The notes under the pieces: generated by a model
Database searches by the model: none
What the model saw: only the letters and a program-made list of their open reading frames with translations
Told to the model about the DNA's origin: nothing
NCBI GenBank assembly: GCA_016219285.1
Contig: JACRNJ010000032.1
Coordinates: 21,721-85,720 of the forward strand
Direction of reading: 5' to 3'
From: Deltaproteobacteria bacterium
Lineage (GTDB): Bacteria > Desulfobacterota > GWC2-55-46 > UBA9637
Length of the DNA stretch: 64,000 nt
Position numbers and translations under genes: made by a program
In this document: piece after piece, positions 44,494 through 53,397 of the stretch
Position numbering within the stretch: the stretch's first letter is position 1
How the letters are laid out: each line of letters starts with the position of its first letter

Positions 44494-45183
44494 ATGGATT
44501 TGGAAGAGTTGGCTTTAAAGCTTTCCTACACATTCAATAATCTTAACATCCTTGAGCAAGCCCTTATACACCGTTCTTTTCTTAATGAAAAGAGCGACCA
44601 GAATAGAAAAAACAACGAGAGATTGGAATTTATGGGCGACGCCGTTCTTTCTGCCGCTATAAGCCATCTTCTTATTAACAAGTTTCCTGATGCAGATGAA
44701 GGAATACTTTCCAAATTCAGGGCAAGATTGGTAAACGAGAATACACTGGCCAAACTTGCAATGGATATTGAATTGGGAAAGTATCTTTTGCTTGGCAAGG
44801 GTGAATATCTTACTGGCGGCAGAGAAAAGCCATCTATACTTTCTGACGCATACGAAGCAGTGATAGCGGCTGTATATCTGGACGGAGGATTTGAAAAGGC
44901 GTTTTCTCTGGTATCAAGGCAGTTTTCCGTTATTATGGAAGATGTCTCTATGGCAGAGAGTTCCAGAGATTATAAGACAGAGCTGCAGGAGCAGACCCAG
45001 GAATTATTTAAGGTTGCGCCAATATATGAACTCATTAGCGAAAAAGGGCCGGAGCATAACAAAATTTTTGAGGTTGAGGTTTTAATTAAAGGTGAAAGAT
45101 TTGGAAAAGGGCATGGAAAGGCAAAGAAAGAGGCTGAACAGCGGGCCGCGATGGAGACACTGAGGATATTAAAAGAGCCATAG
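44494..45183 (+). CDS. rnc: ribonuclease III
   Basis: RNase III signature ERLEFMGDAVL and a C-terminal dsRBD (KTELQEQTQ...GPEHNKIFEVEV...GKGHGKAKKEAEQRAA). Confidence 0.9.
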   Translation: MDLEELALKLSYTFNNLNILEQALIHRSFLNEKSDQNRKNNERLEFMGDAVLSAAISHLLINKFPDADEGILSKFRARLVNENTLAKLAMDIELGKYLLLGKGEYLTGGREKPSILSDAYEAVIAAVYLDGGFEKAFSLVSRQFSVIMEDVSMAESSRDYKTELQEQTQELFKVAPIYELISEKGPEHNKIFEVEVLIKGERFGKGHGKAKKEAEQRAAMETLRILKEP

Positions 45184-45189
45184 ATTATA

Positions 45190-45312
45190 GGCAGCGACAT
45201 AAATTTGTAGTCTGCCGATTTATCGGCGGTTTTAAAATACGCCCATGGGGCACCCAACAGAAGGTTGGGTCGGGCAAACTACAGCTACTTATTTTTGTCG
45301 TCCACTATAGAA
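45190..45312. mobile_element. MITE-like element (long form) directly after the rnc stop
   Basis: agcgacataaatttgtagtctgccgatttatcggcgg...cgcccatggggcacccaacagaaggttgggtcgggcaaactacagctac...atttttgtcgtc. It is the un-nested counterpart of 14384-14622. Confidence 0.8.
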
Positions 45313-45398
45313 GTTAGAGATTAGATATTGCCCATTAAGCTGGCAGAAAGCAGAGTTTGACGCCAGAAGAATGGAAATGATGAGTTTGAAAAATGTTT

Positions 45399-45890
45399 TT
45401 ATATCTTTCCACATTCTTCCTGGCTTCCCTTTATCTTTTCTATAGTATGACTTATGGTTGGCAAAACAACAGTCAGGTTTTCTCTGACAGCCTTCGGGCT
45501 CCCTGGAAGATTTATGATAAGAGAGTTTTTCCTGATACCGCATACAGCCCTTGATATCATTGCATTTGGCGTCTTCTTAAGCGACTCAAATCTCATTGCC
45601 TCTGACATGCCTGGGAGTTCTCTTTCAATGACCGCCTTTGTAGCCTCTGGCGTAACATCTCGGGGGGTAACACCTGTCCCGCCTGTTGTTACGATTAAAT
45701 CAAGTTTTTTATCATCAACGTATTCAATTAGTTTTTTAGAAATTATTTCTGACTCATCAGGGATTATCTCATAAGCCTTTACCTCTGCAGGAAGGGCTTT
45801 TATCATCCTCTCTATTTCCTTTCCGCTAAGGTCTTCCCGTTCACCACGAAAGCCTTTATCACTCATTGTAAGTATGCCGACTGTTATCAT
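45399..45890 (-). CDS. mogA: molybdenum cofactor biosynthesis protein MogA/MoaB family
   Basis: ITVGILTMSDKG ... TTGGTGVTPRDVTPEA (the GGTG motif). The start at 45890 gives an ATGA overlap with the moaE stop. Confidence 0.8.
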   Translation of the reverse strand: MITVGILTMSDKGFRGEREDLSGKEIERMIKALPAEVKAYEIIPDESEIISKKLIEYVDDKKLDLIVTTGGTGVTPRDVTPEATKAVIERELPGMSEAMRFESLKKTPNAMISRAVCGIRKNSLIINLPGSPKAVRENLTVVLPTISHTIEKIKGSQEECGKI

Positions 45891-46309
45891 GGGCGCTCCT
45901 CCACCCATACATCGCCCTTTTTCGTTGTCTCTTTCTTCCATATGGGCGTTATCCTCTTTAGTTCTGATATTGCCCACTCGCAAGCCATGAACGCATCGTT
46001 TCTGTGTCTTGCAGCAGCAATGATGAGGACAATATTTTCGCCAATGGCAATCTTCCCAATCCGGTGAATCAAAGCCATCTCAATTATATTAAAGTTCTTA
46101 ATCGCCCTCTCTCTTATATCATTAAGTTTTTTCTCCGCCATCTCAGGATAACTTTCAAACTCAAGTTCAATTATGTCCTCTCCCTTTGATACATCTCTTG
46201 CGGTACCAAGAAATACAACAACACCCCCGATGCTCATGGAGGATGCCTTTACCATTTCAACTTCTTCTGAAACTGAAAAATCCTTTTTCTGTATTCTGAC
46301 AAGACTCAT
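45887..46309 (-). CDS. moaE: molybdopterin synthase catalytic subunit MoaE
   Basis: 140 aa with the MoaE pattern (GAVVTFLG..R...G ... HRIG.L.IGE) and a conserved Lys region. Confidence 0.8.
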   Translation of the reverse strand: MSLVRIQKKDFSVSEEVEMVKASSMSIGGVVVFLGTARDVSKGEDIIELEFESYPEMAEKKLNDIRERAIKNFNIIEMALIHRIGKIAIGENIVLIIAAARHRNDAFMACEWAISELKRITPIWKKETTKKGDVWVEERP

Positions 46310-46342
46310 TGTTATAACCCCTCTCTAATGTTCTTGAACGGA

Positions 46343-46588
46343 TTAGCCTCCTGAAAAAGGCGGCAGTAGCGCAACTTCGTCGCCATCTTTAATGATTGTG
46401 CCTGATGCGGCAAATTCCTGATTAACTGAAATCAGTACACTTTTATCTATAAATCCGCTTATGCATGGAAATTCTTTTTTAAGAATGTCCTTAAATTCCA
46501 TAAGGGTAATCTGACCAGGGATTGATATAGCGGCTTCGTCCCTGCCAACCTTATTCTTCAGCATGGCAAAAAACTTGATTGTAATCAT
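46343..46588 (-). CDS. moaD: molybdopterin synthase sulfur-carrier subunit MoaD
   Basis: 81 aa ThiS/MoaD fold ending in Gly-Gly (PPFSGG). Confidence 0.8.
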   Translation of the reverse strand: MITIKFFAMLKNKVGRDEAAISIPGQITLMEFKDILKKEFPCISGFIDKSVLISVNQEFAASGTIIKDGDEVALLPPFSGG

Positions 46589-46870
46589 TAAGTGAAAAAA
46601 TAGCAGAAGAGAATAGAAAAGTCAATCAGGCGTTATAGGTAATGTCAATCATTACCGGTATTAGCACAAAACTTGCCTTTTCTAATATATTGATATATCC
46701 TTTGTAAAAATGAAGATATGCACTTGAAGAGCCGCACAGCTTGCCAGGAACAGAAATTGCAGCACTCTGTTTAGAAATCAAAATACAAAAAGAAAAATTT
46801 AAAAAACTATTCATCAGATTTTAATTTCGACATTTCATTTTACATTTTCTCATTCACCGGAGGCCTTTGT

Positions 46871-48256
46871 ATGCGCAAGTTTGATGTCCTGATAATCGGC
46901 TCTGGGCCAGGGGGGCAAAGGGCTGCCTTCCAGGCATCAAAACTCAGGAAAAAGGTTGCAGTCATAGAGCGGCAGCCGTATATCGGCGGCGCAGGCATTC
47001 ACACAGGCACGTTGCCTAGCAAGACCTTAAGAGAGGCTGCGCTTTTTCTCGCAGGCTTTAAACAGAGGGCTGTCTTCGGCTTCCAGCTCGCAATCGGCAG
47101 GGAAGTAACCTTGCAAGAGCTAATGCACAGAAAGATGGATGTCATAAAAAGACAGATGGAGGTCATCATAGAGCAGTTCAGCAGAAACAATGTAGAGATA
47201 ATCTATGGAGAGGCTTCATTCATAGACGGGCATAAGTTAACTGTAAAAGGCGCAACCACCTCAGAACAAATCTATGCAGAGGTTATAATAATAGCAACAG
47301 GCACAAGGCCGCTTCGGCCAAGAGATGTTCCGTTTGATGAAGCGCATATATACGATACAGACACGATTCTGAAGATAGATAATATCCCATCAACACTTAC
47401 TATAATCGGCGGCGGCGTAATAGGCTGCGAATATGCATGTATATTTGCATCTCTGGGAGTAAAAGTTACGCTTATAGAAAAAAAGCCAAGGCTATTGCCA
47501 TTTGCAGATGAGGAGATTGTAAACAATCTGAGCTACTGGATGAGGCAGAGCGGAATTACACTGAGACTTAGCGAAGAGGTAGTAAAGATAACTGTAGAGA
47601 CAAAGAATAGAGTTGTTACAACATTAAAAAGCGGCAAACAGGCTGCTTCTGAAAAGCTGCTCTATACCATGGGACGGGTTGGGAATACGGATATGCTCAA
47701 TCTTGAGGCTATAGGAATTAAGCCAAATGAACGCGGCGGCCTGAATGTGAATGAAAATTTTCAAACTACCCTGCCGCATATCTATGCAATCGGAGATGTT
47801 ATAGGATTTCCAGCCCTTGCATCCACCTCAATGGATCAGGGCAGAAGGGCAGTTTGCAACGCATTTCATACAGAAGGCGTTACCTGCGAGGTTGTATCCC
47901 ATCTTCCTTTTGGGATATACACAATACCGGAAATTTCCATGGTTGGGGCAACAGAAGAAGAATTGACTAAAAAAAGAGCGCCTTATGAAATCGGATGCGC
48001 GCTCTTTCAGGAAGTTGCAAAGGGACAAATAATAGGCGATACCCACGGCATGTTAAAGCTTTTGTTTAATAGAGAAAACAGGGGGCTTTTAGGCGTTCAT
48101 ATAATTGGAGAAAGGGCTACAGAACTGATTCATATAGGCCAGGCGGTCATGAGCTTTGGCGGAACAATAGATTATTTCAAGGATACGGTATTTAATTATC
48201 CCACCCTTTCTGACGCATACAAGGTTGCGGCATTGAACGGATTGAACAGGCTATAG
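46871..48256 (+). CDS. FAD/NAD(P)-binding pyridine nucleotide-disulfide oxidoreductase family protein (SthA/Lpd-like, lacking redox-active CxxxxC)
   Basis: FAD site VLIIGSGPGG, NAD site TIIGGGVIGCEYA, and a C-terminal dimerisation domain with HxxxxE-like region. The usual GGxCxxxGCxP disulfide is replaced by GGAGIHTGTLP. Confidence 0.75.
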   Translation: MRKFDVLIIGSGPGGQRAAFQASKLRKKVAVIERQPYIGGAGIHTGTLPSKTLREAALFLAGFKQRAVFGFQLAIGREVTLQELMHRKMDVIKRQMEVIIEQFSRNNVEIIYGEASFIDGHKLTVKGATTSEQIYAEVIIIATGTRPLRPRDVPFDEAHIYDTDTILKIDNIPSTLTIIGGGVIGCEYACIFASLGVKVTLIEKKPRLLPFADEEIVNNLSYWMRQSGITLRLSEEVVKITVETKNRVVTTLKSGKQAASEKLLYTMGRVGNTDMLNLEAIGIKPNERGGLNVNENFQTTLPHIYAIGDVIGFPALASTSMDQGRRAVCNAFHTEGVTCEVVSHLPFGIYTIPEISMVGATEEELTKKRAPYEIGCALFQEVAKGQIIGDTHGMLKLLFNRENRGLLGVHIIGERATELIHIGQAVMSFGGTIDYFKDTVFNYPTLSDAYKVAALNGLNRL

Positions 48257-48268
48257 GGCGCTGCCTAA

Positions 48269-48979
48269 TTATCTGCCTAACCGGAGATATTTTTTTCTTC
48301 TTTCTTCAGGAAACTTTTTTATTGCGTACCGCAACATAGTACGGGGCATAGCCTTGTAATGTTTTTTTAAAAAACCCTCTTCTGCTCTGATATTTAGTTT
48401 CCCTATCTCCCTGAGCATCCAACCAACAGCTTTATGAATTAAATCTTCTTTATCATGTAATAAAATCTCTGAAACCTTCAATGACTCAATAAATTCATTA
48501 TTTTTTATAAAATGGAAAGTAGACATTATTGAAATTCTACGTTCCCATAAACTTTTGGAAACAGCAAGATTATAAATCGGCTGCTTATTGCGTTCCCGCA
48601 GATAAGCGCCAACAATATGTTCGGCAGAACAGTCAACAATATCCCAATTGTTAATAAATTTTGTGTTATTGAGATACAGGGTGTAAATGAGTTCTTTGTC
48701 TTCCTCATTTGTCTTTTTGAAGATATTTATAAGCATAAGAAGGGACAACAATCGTTCTTCGTGGAATTGAGATTTAAGCAGCCGAGAGGCTTCTTCAATG
48801 GATACTCCTTGATACTTCCTTGCCAATTTCCTTAATACAGGAACCCGAACTCCCAAAAATCTATCTCCTTCACCATACCCTCCCTCTCCTGTTCTAAAGA
48901 ATCTTTGAGAATGTTCTGCTATTTTTTTATTGCCTAACTTTCTTAGTTCATTCTGAATGCTTAGTAGTTTACCGTTCAT
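48269..48979 (-). CDS. DNA alkylation repair protein (AlkD/AlkC-like HEAT-repeat glycosylase family)
   Basis: N-terminus L..L...G....A.....FF.TG.G.YGEGD.FLG..VP.LR is characteristic of the DNA_alkylation family. Length 236 aa. Confidence 0.7.
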   Translation of the reverse strand: MNGKLLSIQNELRKLGNKKIAEHSQRFFRTGEGGYGEGDRFLGVRVPVLRKLARKYQGVSIEEASRLLKSQFHEERLLSLLMLINIFKKTNEEDKELIYTLYLNNTKFINNWDIVDCSAEHIVGAYLRERNKQPIYNLAVSKSLWERRISIMSTFHFIKNNEFIESLKVSEILLHDKEDLIHKAVGWMLREIGKLNIRAEEGFLKKHYKAMPRTMLRYAIKKFPEERRKKYLRLGR

Positions 48980-49047
48980 TGGGAGGTATTAATTATTTAA
49001 CGCTGGAACTGTGCGGCAGGCAACAGCCTGTCCGCATAAGTGAAATG

Positions 49048-49269
49048 TTATGCCATTACCAGTTCTAATTTTTCTTTTGTAGCAGTAGGTAGCCTTACAG
49101 GAGCAAAAAAACTTTCAGGATATAAATAATCCTCCCCTGATTCATCAATAACTCTTATTTGGTGATGTTTTTCAGCCATCCTGTCCGTCAACACCTCATA
49201 TAGTTTTCTTGCCTCCAATGACGATTCGTAGCCACGATTATCTACACATATCATGAAATGCTTTCTCAT
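49048..49269 (-). CDS. small hypothetical protein
   Basis: ORF only, 73 aa. Sits in a decayed region next to a small ORF disrupted by a REP-like element. Confidence 0.3.
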   Translation of the reverse strand: MRKHFMICVDNRGYESSLEARKLYEVLTDRMAEKHHQIRVIDESGEDYLYPESFFAPVRLPTATKEKLELVMA

Positions 49270-49399
49270 AGTTACCTCCTCATAAATACCTTTTGATTTT
49301 TATTTCTTTCTTACCTATGCCGTGTCCTTCATACCAGTGAACTTCCGCCTTCAAAACAGCGCCATCTTCCAGTTCTACATTGCAAATGCCTTTGATCTG

Positions 49400-49463
49400 G
49401 TAGGGTGGGCTATGCCCACCTTTTTGATTGTGCCGCAATTTTGGTGGGCATAGCCCACCCTAC
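49400..49463. repeat. REPIN-like palindromic doublet, copy 3 of 3, interrupting a small ORF
   Basis: gtagggtgggctatgcccacctttttgattgtgccgcaattttggtgggcatagcccaccctac. The minus-strand ORF 49375-49566 reads through it and is then frameshifted. Confidence 0.85.
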
Positions 49464-49583
49464 TACCTTTTCCATGCACCTTGTTTAAGCGATTCAAATT
49501 CTTTATTCCATGCCCTGTTGCAATAATTTCAATCTCCAGAATTTCCCCTTTTATCTTAAAAGGCATATCTCATTTAACCATTT

Positions 49584-49928
49584 TTATGAATTTTTGCATA
49601 GGTATAACAAAGAGCTCAAAAGCGGAAGATTAGCGCCGCCCTTGCCGCCTGCCGCAAAAAATCCCAAATCCTTTTCTATCCCCTTTATCCCCTCCTTTAC
49701 AGCGCCGCAGACCGTTGTAGTAACACCACTGCTGTGCCAGTCAAAACCCAATGCACAGCCAAAGGCCTGAAACCAGTGGGGGTCTGACAATCGTTTTAAA
49801 GTCTCTTCTGGCCCAAACTCCTGTATGATGATTATAATAATCTCCCTCGCAAGCCTCGTCATCCTCTCAAAAAGCCAGCGAGGGGCTTTGCCGCCATGAA
49901 GCGGCAGGTGAGCAATACCAGTTTTCAT
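49584..49928 (-). pseudogene. N-terminal fragment of a DUF763-like protein (truncated)
   Basis: KTGIAHLPLHGGKAPRWLFERMTRLAREI...GPEETLKRLSDPHWFQAFGCALGFDWHSSGVTT matches, from memory, the conserved DUF763 N-terminus. Only 114 aa remain of a family that is usually about 400 aa. Confidence 0.4.
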
Positions 49929-49978
49929 AGGACATAATTATAGCAACAATATGGGGATTATGATATAGATTTGCCCTT

Positions 49979-52900
49979 ATGCTAAAAAACCCATTACATA
50001 TGCAAGAAAATACAGCCTTGCTTCATGTAAAAGGTTTAGGCTTTTCTGAAGAGGCAAAGACGCTCCAGAACCTAAGGCTTTTAAATGAAACACCTTTTAA
50101 AGAACATATTGAAGAGCTGATAAATCTTATTCTAACCGCACCCTCTCCTGATGATGCCATGAATAATATGGAGAGAGTAGTTTCACAGCTTTACGTAAAA
50201 AGCATAAATGCATTTATAGCTGATAGAGAAAAACTTAAAAATCTCGTCATTATATGCGGCTCATCTAATCTTTTATCAAATACTATTGTAACCAATCTTA
50301 TCTATGCAGAGCAGCTTTTTTTAGAACAAGGCCTTTATAAGAAAAAGGATATAACACTTTTTCTCAAAGAATTAGAAATGGAGGCTCAAAACCTCTCCAA
50401 TCTTAACTCTGCTGCCACGGCGCTTCGTCTTTACAAACAAAAGGAGTATCTGAGGATAGGGACAAGAGATATTCTTGGACTGGCGTCCATGCAAGAAACA
50501 ACATTGGAACTGTCCGACCTTGCAAGCGCATGCCTTGAGATTGCATACAGATTTTGCCTCAAACAACTCAAGGCAGAATACGGGACGCCTCTCTACAAAG
50601 ATATTGACGACAAAGATGTGGAATCAGAATTTGCAGTCATAGGAATGGGAAAGCTGGGCGGCAGGGAGTTAAACTTTAACTCAGATATTGATATTATCTA
50701 TATATATTCCTCTGACAAGGGGGAAACATCCGGAATAGAAAATCCTCCCTCACCCCCCTTTACTAAAGGGGGGATGGGGGGATTTAATAACAAAATATCA
50801 CTCCATGCCTTTTATGTAAAACTCTCAGAGATGATAACAAAAATCATAGGTAATGTGACAGAGGATGGAATTGTATTCAGGGTTGATTTGAATCTCAGGC
50901 CTGAGGGAAAGGGCGGCGACCTTGCCAACTCTATCAGAAGCGCAGAGATTTATTACGAATCATGGGGGCAGGCATGGGAGCGGGCAGCTATGATAAAGGC
51001 AAGGGTTGTTGCAGGAAGCTTAAAACTCGGAGAGGCATTTTTAAGTATGATTGAGCCCTTTGTCTACCGCAGATATCTTGACTTTACGGCTATTGAAGAG
51101 ATACGGGGCATGAAGGAAAAGATTGACGTAAGCCTGCTGCGGGCAGCCCCCGATGCAGTTGATGTCAAATTAGGGGTTGGAGGAATACGAGAGATAGAAT
51201 TCTTTGTTCAGGCTATTCAACTTATAAACGGAGGAAAGGATAAGGCTATCAGGGAGAAGAACAGCCTCCGTGCTATAGAGTTACTAAAACAAAAGGGATA
51301 CATTAATGAACAAGATGCATCTGCAATAAGCAATGCATATATATTTTTAAGAAATTTAGAGCACAGGATTCAGATTGTGGAAGGGAGGCAGACACAGGTA
51401 ATTCCATCAAAGGCAGGGGAGATAGAAAGGCTTGCCAGAATGCTTGGATTTGAAGATACCGCTTCGCCCACTCCACTTGAAGCAGGGGGAAAGATAAGCG
51501 CGGCGGAACAATTCCGGGACGAATATAAAAAACAGACCAACATTGTGCATGAGATATACAACACGCTTTTTTTCAAGGCTTCAAAGGATCTGGATGAAAA
51601 AATATCAAAATATGTGATCCTTATCCTTGGCGAAAGTTTAGATAAGCAGGAAGTGGTCTCAAGATTATCTCAATCCGGCTTCCATGAGCCGGAAGCTGCC
51701 TATGAAAACCTTAAGCTCTTAAAAGACGGGCCTCCCTTTGCACACTTTCCTGTCAGGACAAAGATGCTTTTAAAAAAGATAGCCCCGTTTCTCCTGACCT
51801 GCATTATGGAGTCCCCTGCCCCGGACATGGCACTTAATCACCTTGAACGATTTCTTTCCGCCATCGGCGCAAGAACCACCTTCTATTCGCTCCTTGCAGA
51901 AAACAGGAAGGTAATGGAGCTGCTCGTCAAATTATTTGGCACAAGCATATTTTTGTCAATGGCAATCATTGAGCATCCTGAAAATATTGATACCCTTCTC
52001 TCGCCTGAATTAAACAAGCCATTCAAGAATAAACAAGAGCTTCTGCAAGAACTTTCAGCAATGCTTGATGCGGCTGCAGACCATGAAGAACATCTGGATT
52101 GTATAAGGAGGTTCAGAAATGGCGAGATATTAAGGATAGGGATACATGACATATTTGAAGAACTAAAACCGGCAGAGGTCTCGAGGCAGATTACCTGTCT
52201 CGCAGACGTTTGTCTGATCAAGGCATATGAGATTTCATTGCTGGAGTTGAAAAAAAGATTCGGCACTCCCGGACAAGACGATGGTGAAAATGCTCAGTTT
52301 GCCGTCCTTGCCCTTGGCAAGATGGGCAGCGAGGAACTCATCTACAGCTCGGACCTTGATATAATCTTTATCTATTCAAAAGGCGGAGAAACTTCAGGGC
52401 CGAAGGTCATATCAAATCACGAGTTTTTTGCAAAGTTGTCGCAGCGCATTATATCAACCCTGTCAATCATTACCAGGGAAGGGGTTGCCTTTAAAATTGA
52501 TGCGCGGCTCAGGCCATCCGGCAGCTCAGGCCCCCTTGTCATATCCGAGGATACCTTTATAAAATACCATAAGGAAACCGCTCATATGTGGGAAAAGCAG
52601 GCCATGCTCAAGGCAAAATTTGCTGCAGGGGACGATAAGTTCGGGGCTAAGGTGTTAGATGAAATACAAAAACATATATACGCAGCAGCGCCAAATCATG
52701 AGGATTTGAAAGAACTTTATCGGATTAGGAAACGGATGGAGGCGGAGATTGCTAAAGAAGATTTTGGAAAGTATAATATCAAATTTGGAAAGGGAGGGCT
52801 TGTAGATGTGGAGTTTGCTGTTCAGGTTCTTCAGTTAAAGTTCGGCAGGCAAAAACTATCTATAAGAAAACCAAACACTGCTGATGCAATACATGCATTA

Positions 52901-53209
52901 AAAGATATTGACATAATCTCAAAAACGGATTATGAGATTCTCATAAATGCTTATAATTTCTACAGACTGCTGGAAAACCGCTTGAGGATTGTGCAAAACA
53001 GGGCAGAAGGCGAGATTGTAAAGGATTCCAGAGAACTTCTTATCCTTGCGAAAAGGCTTGGTTACAAAGGTGAGGGTGCCGGCGCAAAACTTCTTGAAGA
53101 TTATCTGAGCCATGCAGCCAAGGTAAGGAATTTATACGAGAGGGTAATGAATTTTTTGGTGAACTGTGATTTTACACCTCATAGCAGAATCGGATGGAGT
53201 GCGCAATAA
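49979..53209 (+). CDS. glnE: bifunctional glutamine synthetase adenylyltransferase/deadenylyltransferase
   Basis: Two nucleotidyltransferase cores (GKLGGRELNFNSDIDIIYIYS and GKMGSEELIYSSDLDIIFIYS). Length 1076 aa. A palindrome-encoded insert lies at 50747-50784. Confidence 0.9.
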   Translation: MLKNPLHMQENTALLHVKGLGFSEEAKTLQNLRLLNETPFKEHIEELINLILTAPSPDDAMNNMERVVSQLYVKSINAFIADREKLKNLVIICGSSNLLSNTIVTNLIYAEQLFLEQGLYKKKDITLFLKELEMEAQNLSNLNSAATALRLYKQKEYLRIGTRDILGLASMQETTLELSDLASACLEIAYRFCLKQLKAEYGTPLYKDIDDKDVESEFAVIGMGKLGGRELNFNSDIDIIYIYSSDKGETSGIENPPSPPFTKGGMGGFNNKISLHAFYVKLSEMITKIIGNVTEDGIVFRVDLNLRPEGKGGDLANSIRSAEIYYESWGQAWERAAMIKARVVAGSLKLGEAFLSMIEPFVYRRYLDFTAIEEIRGMKEKIDVSLLRAAPDAVDVKLGVGGIREIEFFVQAIQLINGGKDKAIREKNSLRAIELLKQKGYINEQDASAISNAYIFLRNLEHRIQIVEGRQTQVIPSKAGEIERLARMLGFEDTASPTPLEAGGKISAAEQFRDEYKKQTNIVHEIYNTLFFKASKDLDEKISKYVILILGESLDKQEVVSRLSQSGFHEPEAAYENLKLLKDGPPFAHFPVRTKMLLKKIAPFLLTCIMESPAPDMALNHLERFLSAIGARTTFYSLLAENRKVMELLVKLFGTSIFLSMAIIEHPENIDTLLSPELNKPFKNKQELLQELSAMLDAAADHEEHLDCIRRFRNGEILRIGIHDIFEELKPAEVSRQITCLADVCLIKAYEISLLELKKRFGTPGQDDGENAQFAVLALGKMGSEELIYSSDLDIIFIYSKGGETSGPKVISNHEFFAKLSQRIISTLSIITREGVAFKIDARLRPSGSSGPLVISEDTFIKYHKETAHMWEKQAMLKAKFAAGDDKFGAKVLDEIQKHIYAAAPNHEDLKELYRIRKRMEAEIAKEDFGKYNIKFGKGGLVDVEFAVQVLQLKFGRQKLSIRKPNTADAIHALKDIDIISKTDYEILINAYNFYRLLENRLRIVQNRAEGEIVKDSRELLILAKRLGYKGEGAGAKLLEDYLSHAAKVRNLYERVMNFLVNCDFTPHSRIGWSAQ

Positions 53210-53397
53210 CTTAAAAAAACAGACTTTGTTTTTATATGGTGATATTGAGTATCATTTTCAATATTTGTCAAGTTTTTTTAGAACGTGAAAAACATGGGAT
53301 TTGTGTTTTGTCATAAAACAACATGCAAGATATAAAAATATATCCGAGCATGGATAGAGGGGCGGAATGTATAAGAAGATAAATTTACCTTAAGCCA

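Noticed and set aside
49375-49566. 63 aa minus-strand ORF taken as an intact gene
   Set aside because: It reads straight through the REPIN-like doublet. The region is better explained as a small gene disrupted and frameshifted by the element.
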